Shown piece after piece: positions 29,694 through 40,258 of a DNA stretch of 64,000 bases. The stretch spans positions 143,030 to 207,029 of IMG/VR virus record IMGVR_UViG_3300042387_000948. The stretch is one strand, 5' to 3'. The notes under the pieces are model-generated. The model did not search any database and was not told the origin of the DNA. It saw nothing but the letters and a program-made list of their open reading frames with translations. Position 1 is the stretch's first letter. Each line of letters begins with the position of its first letter. The position numbers and the translations under genes were made by a program.

Positions 29694-30155
29694 TTAATCA
29701 CTAAAAACGTTTACTACTAAATTTGAAAATGACATAGTACATATATTTATCCAAACCGAACCAATTACTCCCGTAGCCATACCACTATTTGCCCCTATAA
29801 ATATAGATGCACCACCTTTTCCTACATATGGGAATAATATCCCATTACCTCCCCAACTATGCCAATCTAATCCAGAACGCATTTCAACTTCACCATATGT
29901 TTGCATAGAAAATCTTGCAGATGCGTAAAGAATAGGTAATTCTGTTTTTGAACCTTCCGTTCTTATTGCTGCCCATCTTAATTGTACTGATACTTCTTCT
30001 CTTGTGCCTGTTCCACCACTTTGATACATTTGTATCATATTAATATTAGACTGATACGGTGCCCAAGTTCTAGTTGAGGTATATACTCTAGACCCCCATT
30101 GGTTGTTGTTACTACTATCTATTCTTATACCTTCGAGTGAACGTAAAACTGCCAT
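29694..30155 (-). CDS. Small beta-rich protein, paralogue 2 of a triplet
   Basis: Starts LEGIRIDSSNNNQW, compared with NQGLIMNQSNNNSY in the neighbour. Confidence 0.5.
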   Translation of the reverse strand: MAVLRSLEGIRIDSSNNNQWGSRVYTSTRTWAPYQSNINMIQMYQSGGTGTREEVSVQLRWAAIRTEGSKTELPILYASARFSMQTYGEVEMRSGLDWHSWGGNGILFPYVGKGGASIFIGANSGMATGVIGSVWINICTMSFSNLVVNVFSD

Positions 30156-30156
30156 A

Positions 30157-30618
30157 TTATACGCAATATAATGTTATTAAATCTATCCTTTCACTATATA
30201 CCATCACACGATGTATAGTAGTTGATACTCCAGCTGCACTTGACGCTCTCCACGTTATTGTTCTATTTCCTACATCCCAATAAGACCAATCTGTACTACC
30301 AGCATTAAATTCTAGTTGATATGCAACAAAATTTGCAGCACCATTACCTGTTGGGTTATCAATATTACCATTTGATTGAACTCTCCATCCATGCGCAAAA
30401 GCTATCCATCGTATATCAGCCCCATTATTATGGGTAACAGTTTCCTCTTGTAGTGTTGAAAAATAAAATTCAGGATTTCCACCGGATACTTCTAATCTTA
30501 AACTACCAACAGTTTGATATGAACCTCCATTACTTTTTCCACAAACACATTCTTTCCATCCGCGTGTTGCAGATTGGGTACGTGTAATACCGTGTAATTG
30601 TCTGTTTAATAATCTCAT
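30157..30618 (-). CDS. Small beta-rich protein, paralogue 1 of a triplet
   Basis: LRLEVSGGNPEF matches LRFNISGGNPHL in 29256..29687; VYSERIDLI matches IFCDRWEFV. Confidence 0.5.
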   Translation of the reverse strand: MRLLNRQLHGITRTQSATRGWKECVCGKSNGGSYQTVGSLRLEVSGGNPEFYFSTLQEETVTHNNGADIRWIAFAHGWRVQSNGNIDNPTGNGAANFVAYQLEFNAGSTDWSYWDVGNRTITWRASSAAGVSTTIHRVMVYSERIDLITLYCV

Positions 30619-30621
30619 AGT

Positions 30622-30978
30622 TTATGGTATAATTGGGTCTTGCGTTTCCATTAAGGTAGGCAAACCATTCCATGCTACATATTCTCTATTAGTAAATTGT
30701 TCATTAATAGCTCTTCTTAAACTAGCCTTTACATTAGCCATAGGTTCGCAGTTTTCTACCCAACTTATAATTTCTTCTTCGGTTAGTTCATCGTAGGGTT
30801 TAAAGTTTTCAACATTTGGTGTATCAACCGGCACATCTGCTAATGCCCAATCAAACTTTGGTAATCCTGCAATTTCCGCACTAACAATAAAATCAGCACT
30901 TACTACAATATCCTCCAATCCATCAAATGATTTTACTTTCTTGATTCCAACAAGTGTGTATGAATAATTTATTTGCAT
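30622..30978 (-). CDS. Fibre-associated small protein (paralogue of 30985..31383)
   Basis: YSYTL...D.V....F, NFKPYDELTEEEIISWV. Confidence 0.6.
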   Translation of the reverse strand: MQINYSYTLVGIKKVKSFDGLEDIVVSADFIVSAEIAGLPKFDWALADVPVDTPNVENFKPYDELTEEEIISWVENCEPMANVKASLRRAINEQFTNREYVAWNGLPTLMETQDPIIP

Positions 30979-30984
30979 ATTTTA

Positions 30985-31383
30985 TTAATTAGTTGGTGTT
31001 AGTGGTTGTGGTGTTACACTAGAACCGCTTGTTGGTGACCATGGTAAATTAACATCACTAACTTCCGCAATAGACAATTTACTTCTATTGATTTGTTTAT
31101 CCATTTGTCCTTGAATATGGTCCCAATAATTTGTTACAGCCGAACTACTTACCGTATGTTTAATCCACCCTAATACTTGAGTTTCAGTTAAATTAGCATA
31201 TTCAATGAAACTACCCGTATCAATTGTTTTTAAATCAAATGGAGTTGCTCCACTAAATTCACCAGTATTTCCATCCATATCGGTACAAATCACTTTCCAT
31301 CTAGTTCCAATAACAGCATCATTGATACTATCGGAAGTTGCTTTTTTAATACCTGTTACAGACCATTCGTAGGTATATCCCAT
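30985..31383 (-). CDS. Fibre-associated small protein / chaperone
   Basis: YTYEWSV...FSGATPF...FIEYANLTETQVLGWIK...LPW; immediately downstream of the fibre gene. Confidence 0.6.
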   Translation of the reverse strand: MGYTYEWSVTGIKKATSDSINDAVIGTRWKVICTDMDGNTGEFSGATPFDLKTIDTGSFIEYANLTETQVLGWIKHTVSSSAVTNYWDHIQGQMDKQINRSKLSIAEVSDVNLPWSPTSGSSVTPQPLTPTN

Positions 31384-31442
31384 AATTTTATTCGTTTATT
31401 ATATATTATAAATATAGTTATTTTTTATTTTTATTGTAAACA

Positions 31443-34400
31443 TTACTTACCCAATAATGCCTTTAATTCATTTATTTGTTGTTGTTGTTCTTTTATTGCC
31501 TCAATTAGTAATGCCGTTATTCTTCCATAAGATACCGAATCTGCTTCTCCAGATTTTGTAAAGTTAATAATTTCAGGAACAATATCTGCAACTTCTTCCG
31601 CAATTACACCAATTTCAGTATCATCCGAACCTTTTCTATTGTAAGTTACACCTCTTAATAATAATACTTTATCCAATGATTTATTTAAACTAACTACATT
31701 TTCTTTATATCTAATAGATGATGTTTCTGTCAATGATATACAATTCAGTACATTTAAGTTTGTTGTACCATCCGGGTCACAATAATACCCACTATTATTT
31801 GAATCATAAATTATAGTTGACCAGAATACACCTGAACTTTCGTTCAAGCCATACATTGCTATTTTATACCAAGCACGTTTTGTATTCCAATAAGATGTAT
31901 GCCATAAACCTTGAATAGGTCCACCAACTATTTGGATACCATATCCGTTATTATACCCAGCTACATAGTGATGGGCCTGAACACCTACATAGTGAGATGT
32001 ATCACCAGGAGAGTTTGGAATACCACCCCAAGTATCAATAAATCCAGACCCCCAACCAAATGCAGAAATAAAATCGGTTGTACCCCAACCCATTGTACCT
32101 ACCCAATAGTTAGAATCTCCAGTATAATCGTTTCTTCTAAAGTTACCTTTGGCTGTCAAACCAATTCTCATTTTAGAGTAATCATCAGTTCCTTGCCATC
32201 TAGTAGTACCATTTCCATCAAAATAGAATCCGGTATCACTTCTGTCATAAAATATAGCTGAGCGAATATCTCCCGTATTAATGTATGAACCATCGTTTAC
32301 GGTTAATGGTACGTTAAAGTAAAAATTAGGTCTATCAGTGTACATGTGTGCATGTCCACTATTCGCAGGTCCAAACCAAATATATCCATCATTTGTTCTA
32401 AATCTAACTCCCCATGTACTTTCCCCATCAAATCTACCAGTATTAGTTGATGTACCAAATCTTAGTTGATTAAATATAGATGTAGATAACGGGTCTGCGT
32501 AATATCCAGTATTATCTCTATCATAAAATATTGGTGCTCTCATCGAATCTCTAGCAAACATATTACCAGAAGTATCTATACCACCAACCGTTTGACCTGC
32601 AGCTTCCGAATAAAAATGGAAAGATTCAGTTCCCACTAATTGCGATGTTACTCTTTTACCAACATACCAACCACTACCACTACCACCATTATAACGAACC
32701 ATAGCTTCGTATCCATTTCCTGGATTGATATAAAGGTATTTGTTTGATGCACCGGTAATAGTTAAATCCCAAAGAACAGATGTTGAACGAGGGTCTGTAT
32801 AATAACCGGTATCGTTACTATCGTAGAATATTGGTGCTCTTAATGAGTTACCACCCGTTGCGTAATTGTTAAATAATACAGTATTGTTTGGATACAACTC
32901 CATATTAGTAACTCTAGTACCAGATGTGTTAGTATTGTAGAAATATATATCCCCAGATGAAGCGAATCTCATATAACCTTGTCCAAACGAAGTATTTAGT
33001 CTACCAAATCCAGAAGGAGAACCACCATCGTTTGTTACGTTATATCCAAATCCAGCTCCTTCCCAACTTACATTAGGTTCAGAACACCACATTTGCAGTT
33101 GTACAATACCAGTACCATTTCCATTATTTGCAGCAGGTAATCTATTAATTATTTGAGAAGTAGCATGTGCTCCACTATTTCTTATACCACCAAATAATTC
33201 GGTAAATGTTGCAGGGTCTACATAATAAGCAGTATTTGCCGAATCATAAAACGCAGTTGCATATAATCCAGTAGCGTTCCAATATCCTAATTCAGCTCTA
33301 TTATAACGATAGAAATGTAATGCTCCTCCAGCTGCACCAGCTTCAGTTTTTCTGCCACCAATACCAGCATATTCTCTAATTGTTCCACCACTATCTTTTA
33401 GTTGGAAATGTAAATTAGAACCTACTGATGTTGCTGAGTTATTGTGATTTGTTCTTGTTAAATGTAATGTACCATATGTACCATCATCACTAAATGAAGT
33501 TCCACCTTTTCTCATATCAAACGCAACAGGTGTCGAATTTGATGTGTGCTCTAATATTACTTCATTTGCATTACTAAAGTTTATTGCATTACCAGCGTTT
33601 GTTAAATTTAATGTAGCAAATGTTGGAGAATCGGTTGTTTGAATATTTTGATTCATTAAATGAACTTCAGTTGCACCAGGACCTGTGTTAATATTACCAG
33701 CTATTGTTAGTGTAGTACCATCAAATGTAAGATTACTTTCAACTGTTGCGTTTGGTGCAGTTCCGTTTAATGTAATTACACCATTATCGGTTGTACCGGT
33801 TAAAGCAAGTACTCCAGACGTACCAGATGTACCAGCGCCAGATGTTCCAGACGTACCAGATGTACCAGCACCAGATGTACCACTACTTCCAGATGAACCA
33901 GATGCGCCGGATGAACCAGATGCGCCGGATGCACCAGAAGTACCACTACTTCCACTACTTCCAGAAGAACCAGATGCGCCGGATGCACCACTACTACCAC
34001 TTGTACCACGTGTACCAGACGTACCTGATGTGCCTGAAGTACCACTTGTACCAGAAGTTCCGGATGAACCAGAAGTTCCGGATGAACCAGAAGTACCACC
34101 AGAACCAGAAGTACCAGCTGCGGCTAACCAAGCTGAACCATTATATCGATATATGTTTGTATCTGAAGTATTGTAATATATTTGTCCAGCTTTTGTACCA
34201 ACAGGATTTGTTGCGAATGCTGGAATTCTCAATGAACCACTTATATCCACCGAACCAGTAAATTCTTGTGTATCATTTGTTGCATCACCAAATTTATTTG
34301 AACCAGATGAGTAAATTAAAGATGATGAAATAAATTGTACTAATATTTGTTGTGCTCGGATTGTACCACCAACAGTTAAGTTACCACTAAGGGTTTCGTT

Positions 34401-37400
34401 TCCAGTAATAGTAGAATTACCCACTAAAGTTTGAGTTCCAATAACATTTAAGTTTTGAACTCTAGTACTACCACTTACATCTAATGCAAATGTTGTTGAT
34501 GGGTTTTGATTTATACCTAAACTACCAGTAATTATTGTATGTGCGGTTGATATTACAGTATTTCTACCACCAATAATATCAACTTTCTTTAAATTAGTAT
34601 TATTTAATAAAGATGTTGGTTGGGTTGCTTGTGCAGTTAGTGTTGTAACTGAACTACCTCTTGTCAAATATACATTAAAAGTTCCGGCAGCACTAGTACA
34701 AGCCTGCACAAACACCCATATTTCAGGATTAGTTGCACTTGCAGTATCACCTACTATAAAACTATTTATAGTTGTATTATTTAATCTACTATATGGATGT
34801 ACAATTATATCAGTTCCCTGATTATATGCCCCCACTATAAAAGTCACTTCACCACCATATCCATTATTATCCCAACTACTTTCAATATAAGTTGATAATG
34901 TTTGTTGACCATAAGTTGTGTATGAATTATGTATTCTTATATAAGCAGCGGGGTCTCCGGGATTTCTAACTAATGTTAATTTTGTATTATAAACATTACC
35001 ACCTCTAATGTACTCACCAGTTATACCTCTGATTATTGTTACATCATTTCGTAATCTAGTAGAACCACTAACATCTAATGTAAATCCACCATTTACAGTT
35101 GAACCAACGGTTAAGTTACCACTAATGGTTTCGTTTCCAGTTACCGCAAGAGTTGTACCATTAAATGTTAAGTTTGCCTCAACACTTGCGTTTGGAGCAG
35201 TTCCGTTTAATGTAATTACACCATTATCAGTTGTACCTGTCAATGAAAGTAAACCAGAAGAACCAGAAGAACCAGATGTACCGCTTGTACCGCTTGTTCC
35301 AGATGAACCACTACTTCCAGAAGAACCACTACTACCGCTTGTTCCGGAAGTACCTCGTGTCCCAGATGTTCCGGATGTTCCAGAAGTACCGCTTGTTCCA
35401 GAAGTTCCAGAAGTACCGCTTGTTCCACTAGCACCAGTTGCTCCAGAAGAACCACTACTTCCAGAAGAACCACTACTTCCAGATGAACCACTACTACCGC
35501 TTGTTCCAGAAGTACCTCGTGTCCCAGATGTTCCAGAAGTTCCAGATGTACCGCTTGTACCACCAGTACCAGCAGTTCCCATTGTACCACTTGAACCAGA
35601 TGTTCCAGAAGTACCAGATGTTCCACTTGTGCCGGAAGTACCACTACTACCGCTTGTTCCAGAAGTACCACTTGTACCCCCACTACCAGATGTTCCGGCT
35701 GCTGCTAACCAAGTTGTACCATTGTATCGATATATGTTTGTATCAGCTGTGTTATAATATATTTGTCCAGCTTTTGTTCCCGTTGGGTTTGATGGATATG
35801 CTGGAATTCTTAATGAACCACTAATATCTACCGAACCAGTGAATTCTTGTGTATCATTTGTTGCATCACCAAATTTGTTACTCCCACTTGCGTATATTAA
35901 TGATGATGAAATATATTGTACTAATATTTGTTGTGCTCTGATTGTACCACCAACCGTTAAGTTGCCACTAAGGGTTTCATTTCCAGTTACCGTTAAAGTA
36001 GTACCATCGAATCTAAGATTAGCCTCCGCAGTTACGTTTGGAGATGCACCATTAAGAGTAATTACACCATTATCGGTTGTACCACTTATAGATAATGCTC
36101 CAGAAGTACCAGATGTTCCGCTTGTACCGCTAGTACCAGATGTACCACTTGTACCCGAAGAACCTCCACTACCAGCAGTTCCGTTTGTTCCACTTGAACC
36201 CGATGAACCACTACTTCCGCTTGAACCACTACTACCAGATGTTCCGCTTGAACCAGATGTTCCAGATGAACCTCCACTTCCTGCAGTTCCGTTTGTTCCA
36301 GAAGAACCAGAAGAACCAGATGAACCAGATGTTCCGCTTGTTCCACTTGTTCCGCGTGTACCAGATGTACCACTTGTTCCAGATGTTCCAGAAGAACCCC
36401 CACTACCAGCAGTTCCACTACCACCACCAGCTCCAGTTACACCACTACTACCACTCGTTCCAGATGTTCCAGATGTTCCACTTGAACCAGTAGTTCCAGA
36501 AGAACCACTACTACCTGATGAACCCGAAGTACCTACAGTTCCAGAAGAACCAGAAGTACCTGATGTACCCGAAGTACCAGCAGTTCCCGAAGAACCACTA
36601 CTACCAGATGAACCACTACTACCAGATGAACCACCAGCTCCAGTTATACCACTTGTACCGGAAGTACCAGATGTTCCACTTGTACCAGATGTTCCAGAAG
36701 TTGCGGATGTACCACTCGTTCCAGAAGAGCCAGTTGTACCAGATGAACCAGTTGTTCCACCACTACCAGATGTACCAGATGAACCAGTAGTACCACTACT
36801 ACCACTTGAACCAGAAGTTCCAGAAGTACCTCCACTACCAGATGTACCAGAAGAACCAGATGAACCAGATGAACCAGATGAACCAGATGTACCACCACTA
36901 CCAGCAGTTCCTCTTGTACCACTACTACCGCTTGTTCCAGAAGTACCAGAAGTACCAGAAGTTCCGCTTGTTCCAGAAGAACCCCCACTACCAGATGTAC
37001 CACCACTACCAGACGAACCATCCGTACCAGATGAACCAGATGAACCAGATGAACCACCACTACCGCTTGTACCACCACTACCGCTTGTACCAGATGAACC
37101 ACCACTACCGCTTGTTCCAGATGTTCCAGAAGTACCAGAAGTACCAGATGATGCAGCTGCAGTTCTTCTACCAACCACACCAGTAGTTGTATTAAGTACT
37201 AAGAATTCTTGCGTTGTATTATCGGTAGTTACATTGGTATTATCAAATCTAACACTACCAGAAACTGCTAAACTACCACTTATACCTAACGAACCTGTTA
37301 TTTCTTGTTTATCGTTACTTGCATCACCAAATTTGTTTGAACCAGATGAAAAAATAATTGATGATGATATATAAGTTACTTTTAATTCAGTTGCGTTTAT

Positions 37401-38171
37401 TGTACCACCAACACTTAAATTTCCAGTTATTGTTTCATTACCAGTGATGGTTTGATTTCCAATCACACTTGAATTACCCACTAAAGTTTGAGAACCAGTT
37501 ATTCTTAGTGCACCAGATATAAAAGTTGAACCACTTATATCAAATTGAGTTGTTGGTGTTTTTCTTATACCAACATTTCCACCACCATTTGCTAAAATTA
37601 CATTAGATGTTGATGCCCTATTAAGATATAAATCTACATTTGTTGAATCTATTCTACCATTAGATGGTGTAATTGCAATTGTTCTACCATTAGTAGTTGC
37701 GGTTATTGAAATTGAAGTATCGGGTGCGTTTACATTAATACCACCACTAACTATGTTTAAATTTCCACCATTTATGTTTTCACTACCACTAATATTTAAT
37801 GAACCACTTATCGTTGTATTTGTATTTACAACTAATCCTAAATTTGGTGAAATTACTGCTTGTGCTGAACCTGATTTAATTCTATCCAAATCACCAATTG
37901 AAGATGCATTGATATTCGTTAAACCACTACCATTTCCTGTAAATAATGATGCCGATACTGAACCACTAAATTGTGAATTTGCATTTATTTGTAATGTTGC
38001 TCCGTTTGGAGTCCCAATTTGATAAGTTTGTACGGCCGAACCACTTAGTTTACCAACAACACTTACCGATTCTGAAGTAGCAGTTAAAATAGATGAACCA
38101 CTTACAAAAAGTGATACACTATTTACACTATTTTGATTTAACCCATTGGGACTTTTACCGTTGAACTCCAT
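31443..38171 (-). CDS. Long tail fibre (2242 aa) with Gly-X-Y tracts and a C-terminal peptidase S74 intramolecular chaperone
   Basis: C-terminal TSSIRYKEN...LRGVTY...IGVIAEEV...[16 protein letters not shown]; three (GTS/GSS)n tracts; FYD..TGYY.DP repeats. Confidence 0.85.
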   Translation of the reverse strand: MEFNGKSPNGLNQNSVNSVSLFVSGSSILTATSESVSVVGKLSGSAVQTYQIGTPNGATLQINANSQFSGSVSASLFTGNGSGLTNINASSIGDLDRIKSGSAQAVISPNLGLVVNTNTTISGSLNISGSENINGGNLNIVSGGINVNAPDTSISITATTNGRTIAITPSNGRIDSTNVDLYLNRASTSNVILANGGGNVGIRKTPTTQFDISGSTFISGALRITGSQTLVGNSSVIGNQTITGNETITGNLSVGGTINATELKVTYISSSIIFSSGSNKFGDASNDKQEITGSLGISGSLAVSGSVRFDNTNVTTDNTTQEFLVLNTTTGVVGRRTAAASSGTSGTSGTSGTSGSGGSSGTSGSGGTSGSGGSSGSSGSSGTDGSSGSGGTSGSGGSSGTSGTSGTSGTSGTSGSSGTRGTAGSGGTSGSSGSSGSSGSSGTSGSGGTSGTSGSSGSSGTTGSSGTSGSGGTTGSSGTTGSSGTSGTSATSGTSGTSGTSGTSGTSGITGAGGSSGSSGSSGSSGSSGTAGTSGTSGTSGSSGTVGTSGSSGSSGSSGTTGSSGTSGTSGTSGSSGVTGAGGGSGTAGSGGSSGTSGTSGTSGTRGTSGTSGTSGSSGSSGSSGTNGTAGSGGSSGTSGSSGTSGSSGSSGSSGSSGSSGTNGTAGSGGSSGTSGTSGTSGTSGTSGTSGALSISGTTDNGVITLNGASPNVTAEANLRFDGTTLTVTGNETLSGNLTVGGTIRAQQILVQYISSSLIYASGSNKFGDATNDTQEFTGSVDISGSLRIPAYPSNPTGTKAGQIYYNTADTNIYRYNGTTWLAAAGTSGSGGTSGTSGTSGSSGTSGTSGTSGTSGTSGSSGTMGTAGTGGTSGTSGTSGTSGTRGTSGTSGSSGSSGSSGSSGSSGSSGATGASGTSGTSGTSGTSGTSGTSGTSGTRGTSGTSGSSGSSGSSGSSGTSGTSGTSGSSGSSGLLSLTGTTDNGVITLNGTAPNASVEANLTFNGTTLAVTGNETISGNLTVGSTVNGGFTLDVSGSTRLRNDVTIIRGITGEYIRGGNVYNTKLTLVRNPGDPAAYIRIHNSYTTYGQQTLSTYIESSWDNNGYGGEVTFIVGAYNQGTDIIVHPYSRLNNTTINSFIVGDTASATNPEIWVFVQACTSAAGTFNVYLTRGSSVTTLTAQATQPTSLLNNTNLKKVDIIGGRNTVISTAHTIITGSLGINQNPSTTFALDVSGSTRVQNLNVIGTQTLVGNSTITGNETLSGNLTVGGTIRAQQILVQFISSSLIYSSGSNKFGDATNDTQEFTGSVDISGSLRIPAFATNPVGTKAGQIYYNTSDTNIYRYNGSAWLAAAGTSGSGGTSGSSGTSGSSGTSGTSGTSGTSGTSGTRGTSGSSGASGASGSSGSSGSSGTSGASGASGSSGASGSSGSSGTSGAGTSGTSGTSGAGTSGTSGVLALTGTTDNGVITLNGTAPNATVESNLTFDGTTLTIAGNINTGPGATEVHLMNQNIQTTDSPTFATLNLTNAGNAINFSNANEVILEHTSNSTPVAFDMRKGGTSFSDDGTYGTLHLTRTNHNNSATSVGSNLHFQLKDSGGTIREYAGIGGRKTEAGAAGGALHFYRYNRAELGYWNATGLYATAFYDSANTAYYVDPATFTELFGGIRNSGAHATSQIINRLPAANNGNGTGIVQLQMWCSEPNVSWEGAGFGYNVTNDGGSPSGFGRLNTSFGQGYMRFASSGDIYFYNTNTSGTRVTNMELYPNNTVLFNNYATGGNSLRAPIFYDSNDTGYYTDPRSTSVLWDLTITGASNKYLYINPGNGYEAMVRYNGGSGSGWYVGKRVTSQLVGTESFHFYSEAAGQTVGGIDTSGNMFARDSMRAPIFYDRDNTGYYADPLSTSIFNQLRFGTSTNTGRFDGESTWGVRFRTNDGYIWFGPANSGHAHMYTDRPNFYFNVPLTVNDGSYINTGDIRSAIFYDRSDTGFYFDGNGTTRWQGTDDYSKMRIGLTAKGNFRRNDYTGDSNYWVGTMGWGTTDFISAFGWGSGFIDTWGGIPNSPGDTSHYVGVQAHHYVAGYNNGYGIQIVGGPIQGLWHTSYWNTKRAWYKIAMYGLNESSGVFWSTIIYDSNNSGYYCDPDGTTNLNVLNCISLTETSSIRYKENVVSLNKSLDKVLLLRGVTYNRKGSDDTEIGVIAEEVADIVPEIINFTKSGEADSVSYGRITALLIEAIKEQQQQINELKALLGK
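33810..37150 (-). repeat. Three proline-free (Gly-Thr/Ser-Ser)n tracts (about 33810-34120, 35255-35700, 36100-37150)
   Basis: 9-bp degenerate periodicity; Gly at every third residue. Confidence 0.95.
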
Positions 38172-38190
38172 TCAATTATGTTTTTTTATT

Positions 38191-38523
38191 TTATGTCAAT
38201 TCTAATATTGAAACAATCACATCTGCTGAATTAGCTAATGAGGATGTTACCGAAAGTAAATCATTTGCTTCCATTACCACTTTTTGTTCTCCACCAACTA
38301 ATACCGTTGAACCACCCTGTACAATTAAAGCATCTTTTACTAAAAATACTGCTTTATTTGCCGAAGTATCTCTCAACATTACACTAACCGATATGTTTTG
38401 TGAAGCTACATTAGCCACATTTACACCAATTACCGTTGTTGTAGTTGCAGATGGTACAGTGTACACCCCAACTCCCGTTGAACCAATTGAACCAGTTATA
38501 CTATTTTTAAATATATTTGCCAT
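38191..38523 (-). CDS. Small beta-sandwich virion connector protein
   Basis: VYTVPS...VIGVNVAN...KVVMEANDLLSV...VSILE; homologous to the ends of 50292..51164. Confidence 0.65.
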   Translation of the reverse strand: MANIFKNSITGSIGSTGVGVYTVPSATTTTVIGVNVANVASQNISVSVMLRDTSANKAVFLVKDALIVQGGSTVLVGGEQKVVMEANDLLSVTSSLANSADVIVSILELT

Positions 38524-38529
38524 CTTTTT

Positions 38530-38859
38530 TTATCCTAATGCAATAGCAAAAGCTAATGCGGTATCTAATACGTTTACACCATCTACTTGAAATTGTCCTC
38601 CATCAATTACATTTATACTACCTTGAACTTGCTCCGAACCACTTATAAACACAGAACCAGTAATTCTTTGTCTATCCGTTGATAATGTACCAACAGTTAT
38701 TGTTCTTGTAACTGTTAAGTTTTCAAAAGTAGCAGTATTTACTTCAATTTGACCTTTAAATGAACCAGTAAAAGACCCAGTGAATGAACCACTTAAATTT
38801 GCATAGGCATTTGCCGATTGAATTATCGAACCCGAAAATATGGGACTTTGTATTTTCAT
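38530..38859 (-). CDS. Short fibre-like adaptor ending in the hydrophobic helix ALAFAIALG
   Basis: Six SGS/TGS motifs in 109 aa; hydrophobic C-terminal helix. Confidence 0.6.
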   Translation of the reverse strand: MKIQSPIFSGSIIQSANAYANLSGSFTGSFTGSFKGQIEVNTATFENLTVTRTITVGTLSTDRQRITGSVFISGSEQVQGSINVIDGGQFQVDGVNVLDTALAFAIALG

Positions 38860-38905
38860 TTAATAGTTTGTAATGTTATAGATATAAATATAAGTTATCT
38901 ATCTT

Positions 38906-39349
38906 TTATGGTTTCTCCGGCCAAACTATACTGAAAGGGTCTGATTGATTTGTAATATCTCTCAAATCTTGTCTATATGATTGGTAGGAAGTTTTAATAC
39001 TTTCAGAAACATCCGATAATTGTGTCCAATCACACTCTGATAATAACTGATTTCTTAATTCTCTAATTTCACTCCATTTTATTGCTAATCTTAATTCTTT
39101 TTCAGAATTAGAAGCATCTATTTGTACCCAATTTTGATAATATATACCATCCGTTAAAGTTGGAGTACCTTCGGATATGTTTTTAGTATAATCGTTTGGT
39201 TTTTGGGTTTGAGTTACTTCAAATACACCAAAATCACTTAATATTTCAGTTGGTATGTTTAACGGAAATGTATAAGTTTTATTATCCACTCTAAATTGTT
39301 TTAAAGAGTATGGGTATGTTATTTCATTATCTATTATTCTTAAATACAT
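38906..39349 (-). CDS. Tail fibre assembly chaperone
   Basis: RNQLLSECDWTQLSD...YRQDLRDIT...WP; start moved to MYLRII at 39349, just after the upstream stop. Confidence 0.8.
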   Translation of the reverse strand: MYLRIIDNEITYPYSLKQFRVDNKTYTFPLNIPTEILSDFGVFEVTQTQKPNDYTKNISEGTPTLTDGIYYQNWVQIDASNSEKELRLAIKWSEIRELRNQLLSECDWTQLSDVSESIKTSYQSYRQDLRDITNQSDPFSIVWPEKP

Positions 39350-39350
39350 A

Positions 39351-40253
39351 TTATTTGAAAGTTGATGGTATTGATGCAAAGTTAGTTAATCCAGTACAAT
39401 TTCTAAATGCACCAGTTCCAAAAGGTGTTGGCGTTCTTAACCAAATTGTAGGAGCAGTTCCACTAATACTATTTGTTGTAGATGTCATATAATACACATT
39501 TTGAAAAGTTGAAACCGCTGTATTAAAGGTAAATTGAATTACACCAGATGTTATTGCTGCACATTGTCTAAATGTTTGTGAAAAGTTTACTACATCAGGA
39601 CATAAATCAAATAAAGTCAAAGGTACGGTTGTTAATGATACACATCCGTAAAATGTAGATGTAAAATCAGTTGCTAAAGGTACATTATTAAACAATCCAG
39701 AAGGAACTGAAGTTATTTGGGTAAATGAAAATGCACTACTAAATATTTGTGCATTAGGTGAAAAATTAAACATATCAGATGGAATTGATGTTAATCCAGT
39801 TCTTGACATAAATCCCGTCCAATCAATCATTTCATCTAAACCATCATATCCACCAACTGCAGATAAAGATGCGGAGGATGGAATTGATGTTAAAAGATTA
39901 CATCCTTGAAAGTTTAATCTTCTTAATCCATTTATACCAAATTGTACAATGGAAGTGTATAAACCACGATTAGATACACTATTATTCACAGTAAATGCGG
40001 GCATAAACCCACTTATACTTATTGTATATGAACCTATGGATACATAATTATGTGTTAATGCTATATCCGATGATGATGTTATTACATCACTACTACCATC
40101 TCCCCAATCGACAACAAAATTTGGAGTCAATCCCTCATAATCAAAAATAGGTAATCTAAATGCTCTGTTGGCAGTTGTAGTTGTTATTGTAACCTTAAAT
40201 GGAAACAATTCACTACCTTCACCCGATGATGTTAATCTTCTAAATATTCCCAT
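39351..40253 (-). CDS. BspA/DUF285-like leucine-rich-repeat protein with PKD-like N-terminus; candidate adhesin
   Basis: VDWGDG...HNY...G.YTISISG followed by LTSIPSDMF / FTSTFYGCVSLTTVP repeats. Confidence 0.75.
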   Translation of the reverse strand: MGIFRRLTSSGEGSELFPFKVTITTTTANRAFRLPIFDYEGLTPNFVVDWGDGSSDVITSSSDIALTHNYVSIGSYTISISGFMPAFTVNNSVSNRGLYTSIVQFGINGLRRLNFQGCNLLTSIPSSASLSAVGGYDGLDEMIDWTGFMSRTGLTSIPSDMFNFSPNAQIFSSAFSFTQITSVPSGLFNNVPLATDFTSTFYGCVSLTTVPLTLFDLCPDVVNFSQTFRQCAAITSGVIQFTFNTAVSTFQNVYYMTSTTNSISGTAPTIWLRTPTPFGTGAFRNCTGLTNFASIPSTFK

Positions 40254-40258
40254 AACTT

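Noticed and set aside
29256-33300. Diversity-generating retroelement or invertase-driven shufflon acting on the fibre tip
   Set aside because: No reverse transcriptase, site-specific recombinase, adenine-specific template/variable repeat pair or inverted cassettes seen in the window
33685-37374. Overlapping plus-strand and alternative-frame ORFs within the 2242-aa fibre
   Set aside because: Same repeat-shadow artefact
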